A stretch of DNA of 64,000 nucleotides, taken from positions 192,001-256,000 of the forward strand of contig CAWJKZ010000017.1 of assembly GCA_963843575.1 (NCBI GenBank), in the 5' to 3' direction. Below the pieces are notes generated by a model that saw only the letters and a program-made list of their open reading frames with translations, was not told the origin of the DNA and ran no database searches. The position numbers and the translations under genes were made by a program. Numbering within the stretch: the stretch's first letter is position 1; each line of letters begins with the position of its first letter. This DNA comes from an uncultured Acidobacteriota bacterium. Lineage in GTDB: Bacteria > Acidobacteriota > UBA6911. This document shows, piece after piece, positions 55,985 to 64,000 of the stretch.

Positions 55985-58900
55985 ATGCGCCCTCATATGA
56001 GATTTCGCCCCGTGCTGTTGCTCCTGCTGGTCATCGTCGTAGCGTGGACGGAGGCACGCGCCCAAAAGAGAATGTTCGCCAAGGTTGAACCCAACGCGAA
56101 CACCGTGACCTCCAGCGCCGAGACTTACGATCCGGCCGGCGGCGGCTTTAGCCGCGTCGGCAGCAGCATGTCTTCGGGACGTGAGGGGCATGCGGCCGTG
56201 ATGATGCGCAACGGGAAGGTCCTGCTCGCCGGCGGGTACAACGGCGCTTATCTCAGTACCGCGGACATCTACGACGTGGCAAGCGGCACCCTCACTGCCT
56301 CGACGGGGTCGTTGTCGACCGCGCGCAACCTGCACACCGCGACCCTGCTGCAGGACGGCCGGGTCCTGATCACGGGGGGGTATGACGGCAGCTCGTACCT
56401 GAGCTCCGCCGAGTTGTACGACCCGTCCACCGACGCGTTCACGTCCGTCTCCAACTCGCTCATCACGGGGCGCCGCGCCCACACCGCGACCCTGCTCCCC
56501 AGCGGCAAGGTGCTGATCGCGGGCGGCTACAGCGGGAGCTACCTCAGTTCCGCCGAGCTCTACGATCCTTCGGCAGGAACCTTCACCGCGACCGGCTCGA
56601 TGACTGCGGCGCGTGCAGGACATACCGCCACCCTGCTGGAAAGCGGCAAGGTGCTGATCGCGGGGGGTGATAACGGCAGCTATCTGAATTCGGCCGAGAT
56701 TTTCGATCCGAGCACCGGCACCTTCGCGGCGACTTCAGGCGCCATGGCCGACGCGCGTGCCGGCCACGCCGCGACGCTGCTGCAGGGGGGCAAGGTGCTG
56801 CTGTCCGGCGGCTACAGCGGCAGCTACCTCACGGGGGCCGAGATCTACGATCCGTCCACCAACCGCTTCGCGGCGGCGGGTTCGATGGCCGTCCCGCGCA
56901 GCGGCCACGCGGCGGCCTTGCTGACCGGCGGCAAGGTGCTGGTCAGCGGAGGATACAACGGCGCCTATCTGAGCGACGCCGAGCTGTTTGACCCGTCCGC
57001 CGGGACCTTCAGCGCCGTCGCGAGTTCGATGACGATCGCGCGTCAATTGCACGCGGCAACGCTCCTTCCCAGCGGAAGGGTGCTGATTACCGGGGGCCAG
57101 AACGCTCCCTTGCTGGTGTTCGACATCAACCTGGACCAGACCGACAACGTCGCCCCCAACGTCGTCTTCTCCGCCGACTCAAGCACAGGATTTCTCGCGT
57201 TCACCGGCTCGGGCGTCGTCCTCGCCTTCTCACCCGAGACTGGAGCCGTCCTCAAGCTCATCGAGACGGGCGGCAAACCGGCCTTCGCCACGCCGCTGGC
57301 CGACGGCAGGACCCTGGCCGTGGTGTCGATGTGGGAGAACAAGATTTTTCTGATCGACATGCCGTCGCTTTCGGTCAAGGGCGCCTACACGTTCTCCAAC
57401 GCCGTCTTCGGGTTCGGAAGCATCCTGACCCTGTCGCCCGACGGCGGTACCGGGTATATTTCCTCGACGGGCACGGCGGAGGTCATTAAGTTCAACGCCT
57501 CCACCGGCGCCGAGTCCGGCCGTTTGAAGGGCCTGCAGGCCCCAGCCCAGGTCACCGTCTCCAAGGACGGGGGGACGATAATCGTCGTCGACACGGCGGC
57601 CGAAGAACTGGTTTTCGCCGACGCTCCGTCCATGGCGCGCAAGGCCACCTTCAAACCGAGGGAGAAGGTGGCTACGGCGGACTTGACCATATTCAACAAG
57701 GCGGTGCTGGCGCCCGACGGCAGCACAGGGATCATCGCCTGCCGCGACACGAGCGGCAGCCTGTACAGCGGGACGGCCTTCGTATTCAGGACCTCGAGCG
57801 GCGAGATCCTCGACACCGAAACGGTCGGCTCCCAGCCCGGTTTCACGGCGCTCACCCCGAACGGGCAGAATTGGGTGGTCCTCAACGAGTCGACGATCTC
57901 GCTGATCCCCTCCTACGATCCCGGCGCCCGCCAGGAAATCGCGACGGCCCAGGGCGACCCCCTCGGCTCGGCAAACATCGCGATCTCGTCCGACTCGCGC
58001 TACGCGTATTACACGTCGGCCACCCAGGACCTCGTCTTCCAGCACGACCTGATCACGCAGGGCGTGGTCGGGCAAGTATCGGTGAAAAACACCGCCAACA
58101 AGGGATTGGAGCAGGCGTCGACCGTCGCCCTCACCCCTGACGAGAAGGTCCTCGCGGCCGTCTCCTACATAGGCAACAGCATCGCCTTGATCCGCGACGT
58201 CACAGCCCTGAACGGGGCGCGATTCCTGGTTTCCAGCGGCCAGTTCAGCGGCCTCAGCCTGGTCAACCTGTCGGGCAAATCGACAAACCTGACCGTCTCG
58301 CTGCTGGACAACTACGGCGCGCTCGTCACCCAGGACGAACTGGTCAATCCGCTGGAGCTGACCTTGGGGCCGAATGCCCAGGTCTCGGCCAACATCTCCC
58401 AGCTCTTCAATCTCGACCCCAGCAAGGACCTCGCCGGGTGGATTTCCGTCGTGTCGGACCAGCCTCAGGTAGTCGGCTACCTCTCGTCGGGGCGGATCGA
58501 GGCAACCTGGTTCGGCTACTACCTGAGCCGGATGGACGGCGCCCCGCTGTTGCGGCAACAGGTCCACGACTGGGTCATCCCGGAGATCGTGACCGGCGGC
58601 GGCGGTAGCGCACAGTTCGACCTGGTCAACGCCAACTACTCCCAGGAGCTCTACGACCTGAGGCACTACGCCAAGGACGGGACCCTTTCCGGAGAGAAAC
58701 TGGGGAATGTCGCATACCCGACAAACAGACTGGAACAGAGTTTCAGCGACCTATTCACCGTCACGGGTGCCGACAAGGTGCTGGTCGCCGGCGGCCAGAC
58801 CTCCAGCGCCACCCTCAGCAGCGCAGATGTGTACGACGTGGCCGGCAAGACCTTCGACGGCCACCGGGGCGATGACTTCCCCACGCTTTGGCCACACCGC

Positions 58901-60567
58901 CACGCTGCTGCTCAACGGCAAGGTCCTGATCGCCGGCGGTAAGAACGGAACCACCGGGCTAGACAGCGCCGAAACCTACGACATCGCCACCGGAACAGAC
59001 ACGGCCACCGCCGATGTCATGAGATCTGTGCGCTATCGCCACACCGCCACCCTGCTGCCCAGCGGCAAGGTGCTGCTCGCCGGGGGACAGAACGCCACCT
59101 CGGTAAACGACACCGCCGAGGTCTACGATCCCACTTCCAACAACTTCACGGCCACCACCGGCAACATGACCGCCCCCAGGGACTCGCATACGGCCACCCT
59201 CCTGCCGACCGGCAAGGTGCTGATTGCCGGAGGCATCAACGGCGACGCGGTCACCGCCACGGCCGAATCGTATGACCCAGCGACCGGGAAATTCACCGCC
59301 GCGGAACCGATGAAGGCCGCACGTGTGTTCCACACCGCCACGCGGTTGTCCAACGGCCGCGTACTGCTGGCGGGAGGTTTCGACGGGAGCTACCTCAACT
59401 CGGCGGAGATCTACGATCCGGCCACCGGAACCTTCCGGCTCACGAGCGGGTCGATGATCTCACGGCGCGACGGACACACGGCCACTCTGCTCGACGACGG
59501 CCGCGTGCTGCTCGCCGGCGGCACGGACGGGAACGGGGCCTTGAACTCCGCGGAATTCTACGACCCGTCGACCGACTCGTTCTCGCTGGTCGCCGGCACC
59601 ATGACCGCAGCCCGTAACGGGCACACGGCAGCGCTGCAATCGGAGACCCAGGTGCTCATCCTCGGCGGAACCAACGCCACCGACGGCGCCCTCAAATCGG
59701 CTGAAATATTCGACGCCGACACCCAGAGTTTCACGGCCGTGTCGGCCTCCATGACAGCCGCCCGCAACGGCCACACGGCCACGCTCCTGGAGCCGAGCGG
59801 GGAAGGCTACGTCCGGGTAGACTGCCAGGAAGGCCTGGTGTTCACCGAGTTCTACGGCATGAAACGCGACGGCGCCATGATGAACGGCATCGATGTCCAG
59901 AAATACAGGGACGTCACCCGGCTGTACTCCCCGCAGTTCGCCATCATGACCGGCTTCAAGACCCTCCTGAACCTGATCAACGCCAACCCGGACAACGACG
60001 CCCAGGTGACCGTGACGCTACACGCCCCCGACGGCCGCGTGCTCGGGACCCCGGCGACCCTTCAGATCATGCACAACGGCAAGGTCCAGGACGACCTGCA
60101 CAACATCTTCCAGCTGGACGCCGGCGTGCAGAACACGACCGGCTGGATCGAGATCAGCAGCTCGAACGACCGCGTCCTCGGCACCGTCAGCTTCACGAAC
60201 GAGGACGATGTCTTCCTGACGAGCTTCGAGCTGTCCGGGGCGCCGCTGACGCGGTTTCGTCTATCCGCTCGCCGCGGAGGACAGCTTGTACCAGACGGGA
60301 ATCGCGCTGCTGAACGCCGGCACCGCCGCCGCCAACGTCACGCTGGAGCTCTGGTCGCCCGAGGGCACCGTGCTGCGGACCGCACAGTCGTCCCTGGCTC
60401 CGGGGACCCGCACCGCGCTGTACCTGAGCGACTACTTCCCCAACATGGAACCGTACGTCGTCGGCAATATCCGGGTCCGGTCGGACCAGCCGGTGCACAG
60501 CATCGGCCTCATCAACGACCGCGCTTTCCATTTCATAGCGGCCGTCCCCCCGATCGCCACTCCGTGA
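55985..60567 (+). CDS. Giant secreted kelch-repeat/beta-propeller protein (about 1526 aa), with two +1 frameshifts near 58856 and 60256
   Basis: Signal peptide; two blocks of 7 HTATLLxxGKVLxxGG..SAExYDP repeats; a YVTN-like propeller; Ig-like modules. Built from ORFs 55916-58942, 58707-60659 and 60286-60567. Confidence 0.85.
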
Positions 60568-60589
60568 CCTGCCCGGCACAGGAGCCATG

Positions 60590-60616
60590 GGGCCACGGCG
60601 AGCCGCCGCGGCCCAC
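60590..60616 (-). repeat. REP-like palindrome, family A
   Basis: The minus strand reads GTGGGCCGCGGCG-GCT-CGCCGTGGCCC. Confidence 0.75.
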
Positions 60617-60691
60617 CCGGCCGAAAAACCCAATTCATAACGCCCCGCCCCGGCGGTAGAATCGTCCGGCATGACTTCGAAGGAGTCGCCG

Positions 60692-61465
60692 ATGACGGAC
60701 TTTCCGAACTTCGACCTCGATGGGCAGGTGGCGCTCGTGACCGGCGCCGCGCGCGGACTGGGCCGCGCCATTGCGCTGGCGCTGGCGCACGCGGGAGCCG
60801 ACGTCGCCCTGGGGCTGCGCGACGTGAACAGCGGCGGCGACCTGGCCCGGGAAATAGAAGCGCTTGGACGCCGCGCCCTGCCCCTCCAGATGGACATGAC
60901 CCGGCTGGATCAGGTGTCCGCCGCCGTCGACGCCGCGGCCGCTCACTTCGGCAGGCTGGATATTCTGGTCAACAACGCCGGGGTATCGCGCCCGACAACC
61001 CGGCCGAGAGTCGTCCGCGAGGAGGACTTCGACCGGACGCTCGCCGTCAACCTGAAAGGCACGTTCTTCGCCAGCCAGGCGGCGGCGCGGATCATGATCC
61101 GCCAGCGGCGTGGCCGCATCGTCAACATGAGTTCGCAGGCCGGCTTCGTGGCACTGCCGACCGAGTCGGTCTACTGCATGACCAAGGCCGGCATCGCCCA
61201 CCTGACCAAGTGCCTGGCCGTGGAGTGGGGGAAATACAACATCCTGGTCAATGCCGTCGCGCCGACGTTCATCCACACCCCCGGAACGCGGGAGTGCCTG
61301 TCGGACCCGCGCTTCCGGGCCGACACGGAGGAGCGCATCGCGGCCCTGCACCGGATCGGCCAGCCCATGGAAGTGGCCGGCGCCGTCGTCTTCCTCGCCT
61401 CACCCGCCGCCTCGCTCATCACCGGTCACACCCTCCTGATCGACGGCGGCTGGACCGCCCGGTGA
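60692..61465 (+). CDS. SDR oxidoreductase (gluconate 5-dehydrogenase/KduD-like)
   Basis: TGAARGLG, NNAG, YCMTK and IDGGW motifs; AGGAG RBS. Confidence 0.88.
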   Translation: MTDFPNFDLDGQVALVTGAARGLGRAIALALAHAGADVALGLRDVNSGGDLAREIEALGRRALPLQMDMTRLDQVSAAVDAAAAHFGRLDILVNNAGVSRPTTRPRVVREEDFDRTLAVNLKGTFFASQAAARIMIRQRRGRIVNMSSQAGFVALPTESVYCMTKAGIAHLTKCLAVEWGKYNILVNAVAPTFIHTPGTRECLSDPRFRADTEERIAALHRIGQPMEVAGAVVFLASPAASLITGHTLLIDGGWTAR

Positions 61466-61516
61466 GAGCAGAAGCCGGATGCCGAAGCCGGGAAGCCGCG
61501 GCGCTCATTTTTTCTG

Positions 61517-61573
61517 TTGACTTATTTCGTATTTCTGCTATTATCGAAATTATATTTCGGTGACGATGGGAAT
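61517..61573 (+). promoter_or_regulatory. ars promoter with two tandem palindromic operator boxes
   Basis: TTGACT-N16-TATTAT with an extended TG; ATTTC-N10-GAAAT at 61531-61550 and ATTTC-N10-GGAAT at 61554-61573. Confidence 0.6.
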
Positions 61574-61990
61574 AACAGCATGACGCCCCACTGATCACGG
61601 ACGAACAGATCGCACGGCACGCCGACCGGTTCGCGGCCATGGGCAACGACGCCCGGCTGCGCATCATGCGGCTGCTCCTGTCGGCCCACCCGGACGGGAT
61701 GATTGTGGGCGACATCCAGGCCGAGCTGGGCATCCCGAGCTCCACGCTGTCGCACCACCTCGAAAAGCTCAGGACCGAGGACCTGGTCCATGTCAGGCGC
61801 CACGGGACCTTCCTCAGATACTCCGCCAACGCAGAGGCGCTCCGAGGACATCCTGACGTTCCTCTACGCGGAGTGCTGCACACGGAACAAGGCAATACAA
61901 CCGCAATCGATCGTGGAGATTTCCGGGCGGTGCACCGGACCCCGCGCGGACGACAAGGAGAAGACGCGATGGACGTCAAGAAAGTCGTGA
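61566..61990 (+). CDS. arsR: ArsR/SmtB family repressor, frameshifted near 61575 and 61842
   Basis: FAAMGNDARLRI and SSTLSHHL HTH; the C-terminus ILTFLYAECCTRN lies in the +1 frame; start uncertain. Confidence 0.8.
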
Positions 61991-62781
61991 AGGAGAAGTA
62001 TGGAGAGGCCGCTTTGAGGGTGATCTCTGGAGGGGGCCACGCCTGCTGCGGCAGCAGCCCCTCGTCCTGCGCCAACCCCGACCCCGTCACGACCGACCTG
62101 TACGACGAAGGCCAGAAGGGGGAACTGCCGGACGCGGCGGTGCTGGCGTCGCTGGGATGCGGCAATCCCACCGCCCTGGCCGAACTGAAGCCGGGGGAGA
62201 CGGTGCTCGACCTGGGGAGCGGCGGCGGCATCGACGTGCTGCTGTCGGCCCGAAGGGTGTCTCCGGGGGGCAAGGCGTACGGTCTGGACATGACCGATGA
62301 GATGTTGGCCCTGGCCCGCGCGAACCAGGAAAAAGCGGGTGCGACAAATGTCGAGTTCCTCAAGGGTGAGATCGAGCACATCCCGCTGCCCGACAACTCG
62401 GTCGACGTGATAATCTCAAACTGCGTCATTAATCTCTCGGCCGACAAGGACCGGGTCCTGCGCGAAGCGTTCCGTGTGTTGAAGCCGGGGGGCAGGTTCG
62501 CCGTGTCCGACGTGGTCACGAGGGGTTTCATCCCCGCGGACATCCGCAGGAGTGCGCTGCTGTGGGCTGGGTGCGTGGCCGGGGCGCTCGACGAGGAGGA
62601 GTACCGGACCAAGCTGGCGTCGGCCGGGTTCTCGGGCATCGACGTCGAGCCGACCCGGATCTATGGGCTCGAGGAGGCGACGTCGTTCCTGCGCGACCAG
62701 AGCATCGATGCGGAGACCGTCGGACCGCAGGTGGAAGGAAAGTTCATGAGCGCGTTCATCCGCGCCCGCAAACCCGAGTAA
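61969..62781 (+). CDS. arsM: Arsenite S-adenosylmethionine methyltransferase
   Basis: CCG, SLGCGNP, LDLGSGGGID, ISNCVINL and WAGCVAGA motifs; own RBS AAGGAG at 61955-61960. Confidence 0.93.
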   Translation: MDVKKVVKEKYGEAALRVISGGGHACCGSSPSSCANPDPVTTDLYDEGQKGELPDAAVLASLGCGNPTALAELKPGETVLDLGSGGGIDVLLSARRVSPGGKAYGLDMTDEMLALARANQEKAGATNVEFLKGEIEHIPLPDNSVDVIISNCVINLSADKDRVLREAFRVLKPGGRFAVSDVVTRGFIPADIRRSALLWAGCVAGALDEEEYRTKLASAGFSGIDVEPTRIYGLEEATSFLRDQSIDAETVGPQVEGKFMSAFIRARKPE

Positions 62782-62813
62782 TGCGCTCGGGCGACATGCC
62801 ACAGGGAGCGCCA

Positions 62814-63482
62814 GTGCGGAATCGTCGCAATTACTACCGCCTGCTCCAGGTTCAGCCGGACGCACCGGTCGAGGTGATCCGCGCGAGCTACCGCGCCCTG
62901 ATGAGGGACTTGAAGCAGCATCCGGACCTGGGCGGGTCCACCGAGGCCGCCGCGTTGCTGAACGAGGCGCACCGGGTGTTGACCAACCCGGCGCTGCGCG
63001 CCGATTATGACCGGGCGCTCTCGGCGCGTTTCCCGAGGCGGACCGTCCAGGACGCGGAGGCCGCGCCCCCGGCCCCGGACTGTAACTTCTGCGGGACCCC
63101 GCTGGACGGCGAGCCGGACCCCGGCCAGCTTTGTCCGACCTGCCGGTGTCCGCTGCGCTCGCGCCCTGCCGCGGAGCTCGAAAGGCTTTCGCGGCGGGCC
63201 GTCGCGCGCATGAGCCGCCACGAGCCTGTCTACTACCGCTCACGGTGGCCGCAGGAGCCCCGCGAGGCGGTCATGGTCGATCTTTCCCCCACCGGCATCC
63301 GATTCCTGTGCCCGGAAGAACTCGCTCCGGGCGCCGTCCTGAAACTCGCCGGTGCCGGTTTCGAGGCCACCGCTGTGGTGAAGAATTCGCGAAGGGACGG
63401 CGAGCTTCACGCGGTGGGCGCCGCCTTCCTCGCCGTCGAGTTCGACAACCCGCGCGGCTCCTTTCTCTCGACCTCGGCGTAA
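62814..63482 (+). CDS. J-domain (DnaJ) + zinc-ribbon + PilZ-domain protein
   Basis: NYYRLLQV..HPD..AHRVL..R.DYD; CNFC..CPTC; RRAVAR and DLSPTG. GTG start after GGGAG; alternative ATG 62781 overlaps the arsM stop. Confidence 0.82.
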   Translation: MRNRRNYYRLLQVQPDAPVEVIRASYRALMRDLKQHPDLGGSTEAAALLNEAHRVLTNPALRADYDRALSARFPRRTVQDAEAAPPAPDCNFCGTPLDGEPDPGQLCPTCRCPLRSRPAAELERLSRRAVARMSRHEPVYYRSRWPQEPREAVMVDLSPTGIRFLCPEELAPGAVLKLAGAGFEATAVVKNSRRDGELHAVGAAFLAVEFDNPRGSFLSTSA

Positions 63483-63514
63483 CCCGAATGCGGGGGGAAT
63501 GAGCAGGATCCACC

Positions 63515-63541
63515 GGGCCGCGGCGCGCCGCCGCGGCCCAC
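63515..63541 (-). repeat. REP-like palindrome, family A
   Basis: The minus strand reads GTGGGCCGCGGCG-GCG-CGCCGCGGCCC. Confidence 0.75.
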
Positions 63542-63569
63542 TTTTTATACAGGACGACAGGTTGGTCTC

Positions 63570-64000
63570 ATGGATGTGAGCGTCTGGCAATGGGTTGTGC
63601 TGGCCGCCGGGTCGTTCCTGGTCGGGGTGTCCAAGACCGGGATCGCGGGCCTCGGGATGCTCACGGTGGCCATATTTGCGGCCCTGCTCCCGGCGCGCGC
63701 TTCGACCGGCGTGCTGCTCCCGCTCCTCATATGCGGCGACTTCGTCGCGGTGGCCGCCTACCGGCGTCACGCCGTCTGGTCCCACCTGATCCGGCTCTGT
63801 CCGTGGGTCGCCGCCGGTGTCGTCTCCGGATACGCGGCGATGGGGCGTCTGCAGGGTGACCGGGGCTTCCAGAACCTGATCGGATGGATCCTGCTCGCCA
63901 TGAGCGCCGTGCACGTCTGGCGCCAGTACCGGCTGTCGCGTGCGGATTCAGCCACCGACGGCCTGCCTCATTCGCGCTGGTTCGCGGCGGTCATGGGGGT
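63570..64000 (+). CDS. Sulfite exporter TauE/SafE family permease (partial, runs off the window)
   Basis: Frame open to the window end: MDVSVWQW..FLVGVSKTGIAGLG..STGVLLPLLICGD..AYRRHAVW. Absent from the ORF track because it has no stop. Confidence 0.82.
   Translation, partial: MDVSVWQWVVLAAGSFLVGVSKTGIAGLGMLTVAIFAALLPARASTGVLLPLLICGDFVAVAAYRRHAVWSHLIRLCPWVAAGVVSGYAAMGRLQGDRGFQNLIGWILLAMSAVHVWRQYRLSRADSATDGLPHSRWFAAVMG

Noticed and set aside
56115-59790. Regularly spaced DNA repeats suggestive of a CRISPR or tandem array
   Set aside because: They are in-frame kelch coding repeats with synonymous divergence; there are no identical direct repeats with unique spacers and no cas genes.
61639-62781. 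Apparent 380-aa ArsR-ArsM fusion in the ORF track
   Set aside because: The ArsR C-terminus (ILTFLYAECCTRN) is in the +1 frame after an extra C at ~61842, and arsM has its own RBS and ATG at 61969.

Overview
GC-rich bacterial chromosomal window, most likely Acidobacteriota (inferred from an ADOP-type duplicated orphan permease, a CarboxypepD_reg-type TonB-dependent receptor and many secreted hydrolases). It holds about 45 CDSs; no rRNA, tRNA, CRISPR array, intact IS element or prophage was found. Contents in order: DUF2911-like protein; radical SAM; Omp85 barrel + secreted kinase-fold protein + multi-TM Ser/Thr kinase operon; aspartokinase; a lower-GC sugar/polyol catabolic operon; two M14 peptidases; ADOP permease; beta-lactamase-like hydrolase; alpha-galactosidase; cNMP-patatin; Fn3/LamG surface protein; DUF1080; cydAB; a glycosyltransferase cluster; two Tat-exported enzymes; an RRM protein with a structured leader; B12 radical SAM; tricorn protease; VOC protein; ECF sigma/anti-sigma trio; a TonB receptor divergent from a giant kelch protein; SDR; arsR-arsM; a J-domain/Zn/PilZ protein; partial TauE. 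Six genes are broken by single-base +1 insertions, probably long-read consensus errors, and the ORF-track ArsR-ArsM fusion is one such artefact. The best candidate for an undescribed system is the Omp85 / secreted atypical kinase / membrane kinase operon (1910-6461). Other leads are two REP families, a heptamer-flanked four-helix-bundle remnant, an AT-rich rod hairpin at 46178-46249, a terminator-like leader before the RRM gene, and the J-Zn-PilZ co-chaperone. All product calls come from motif recognition; no database searches were run.
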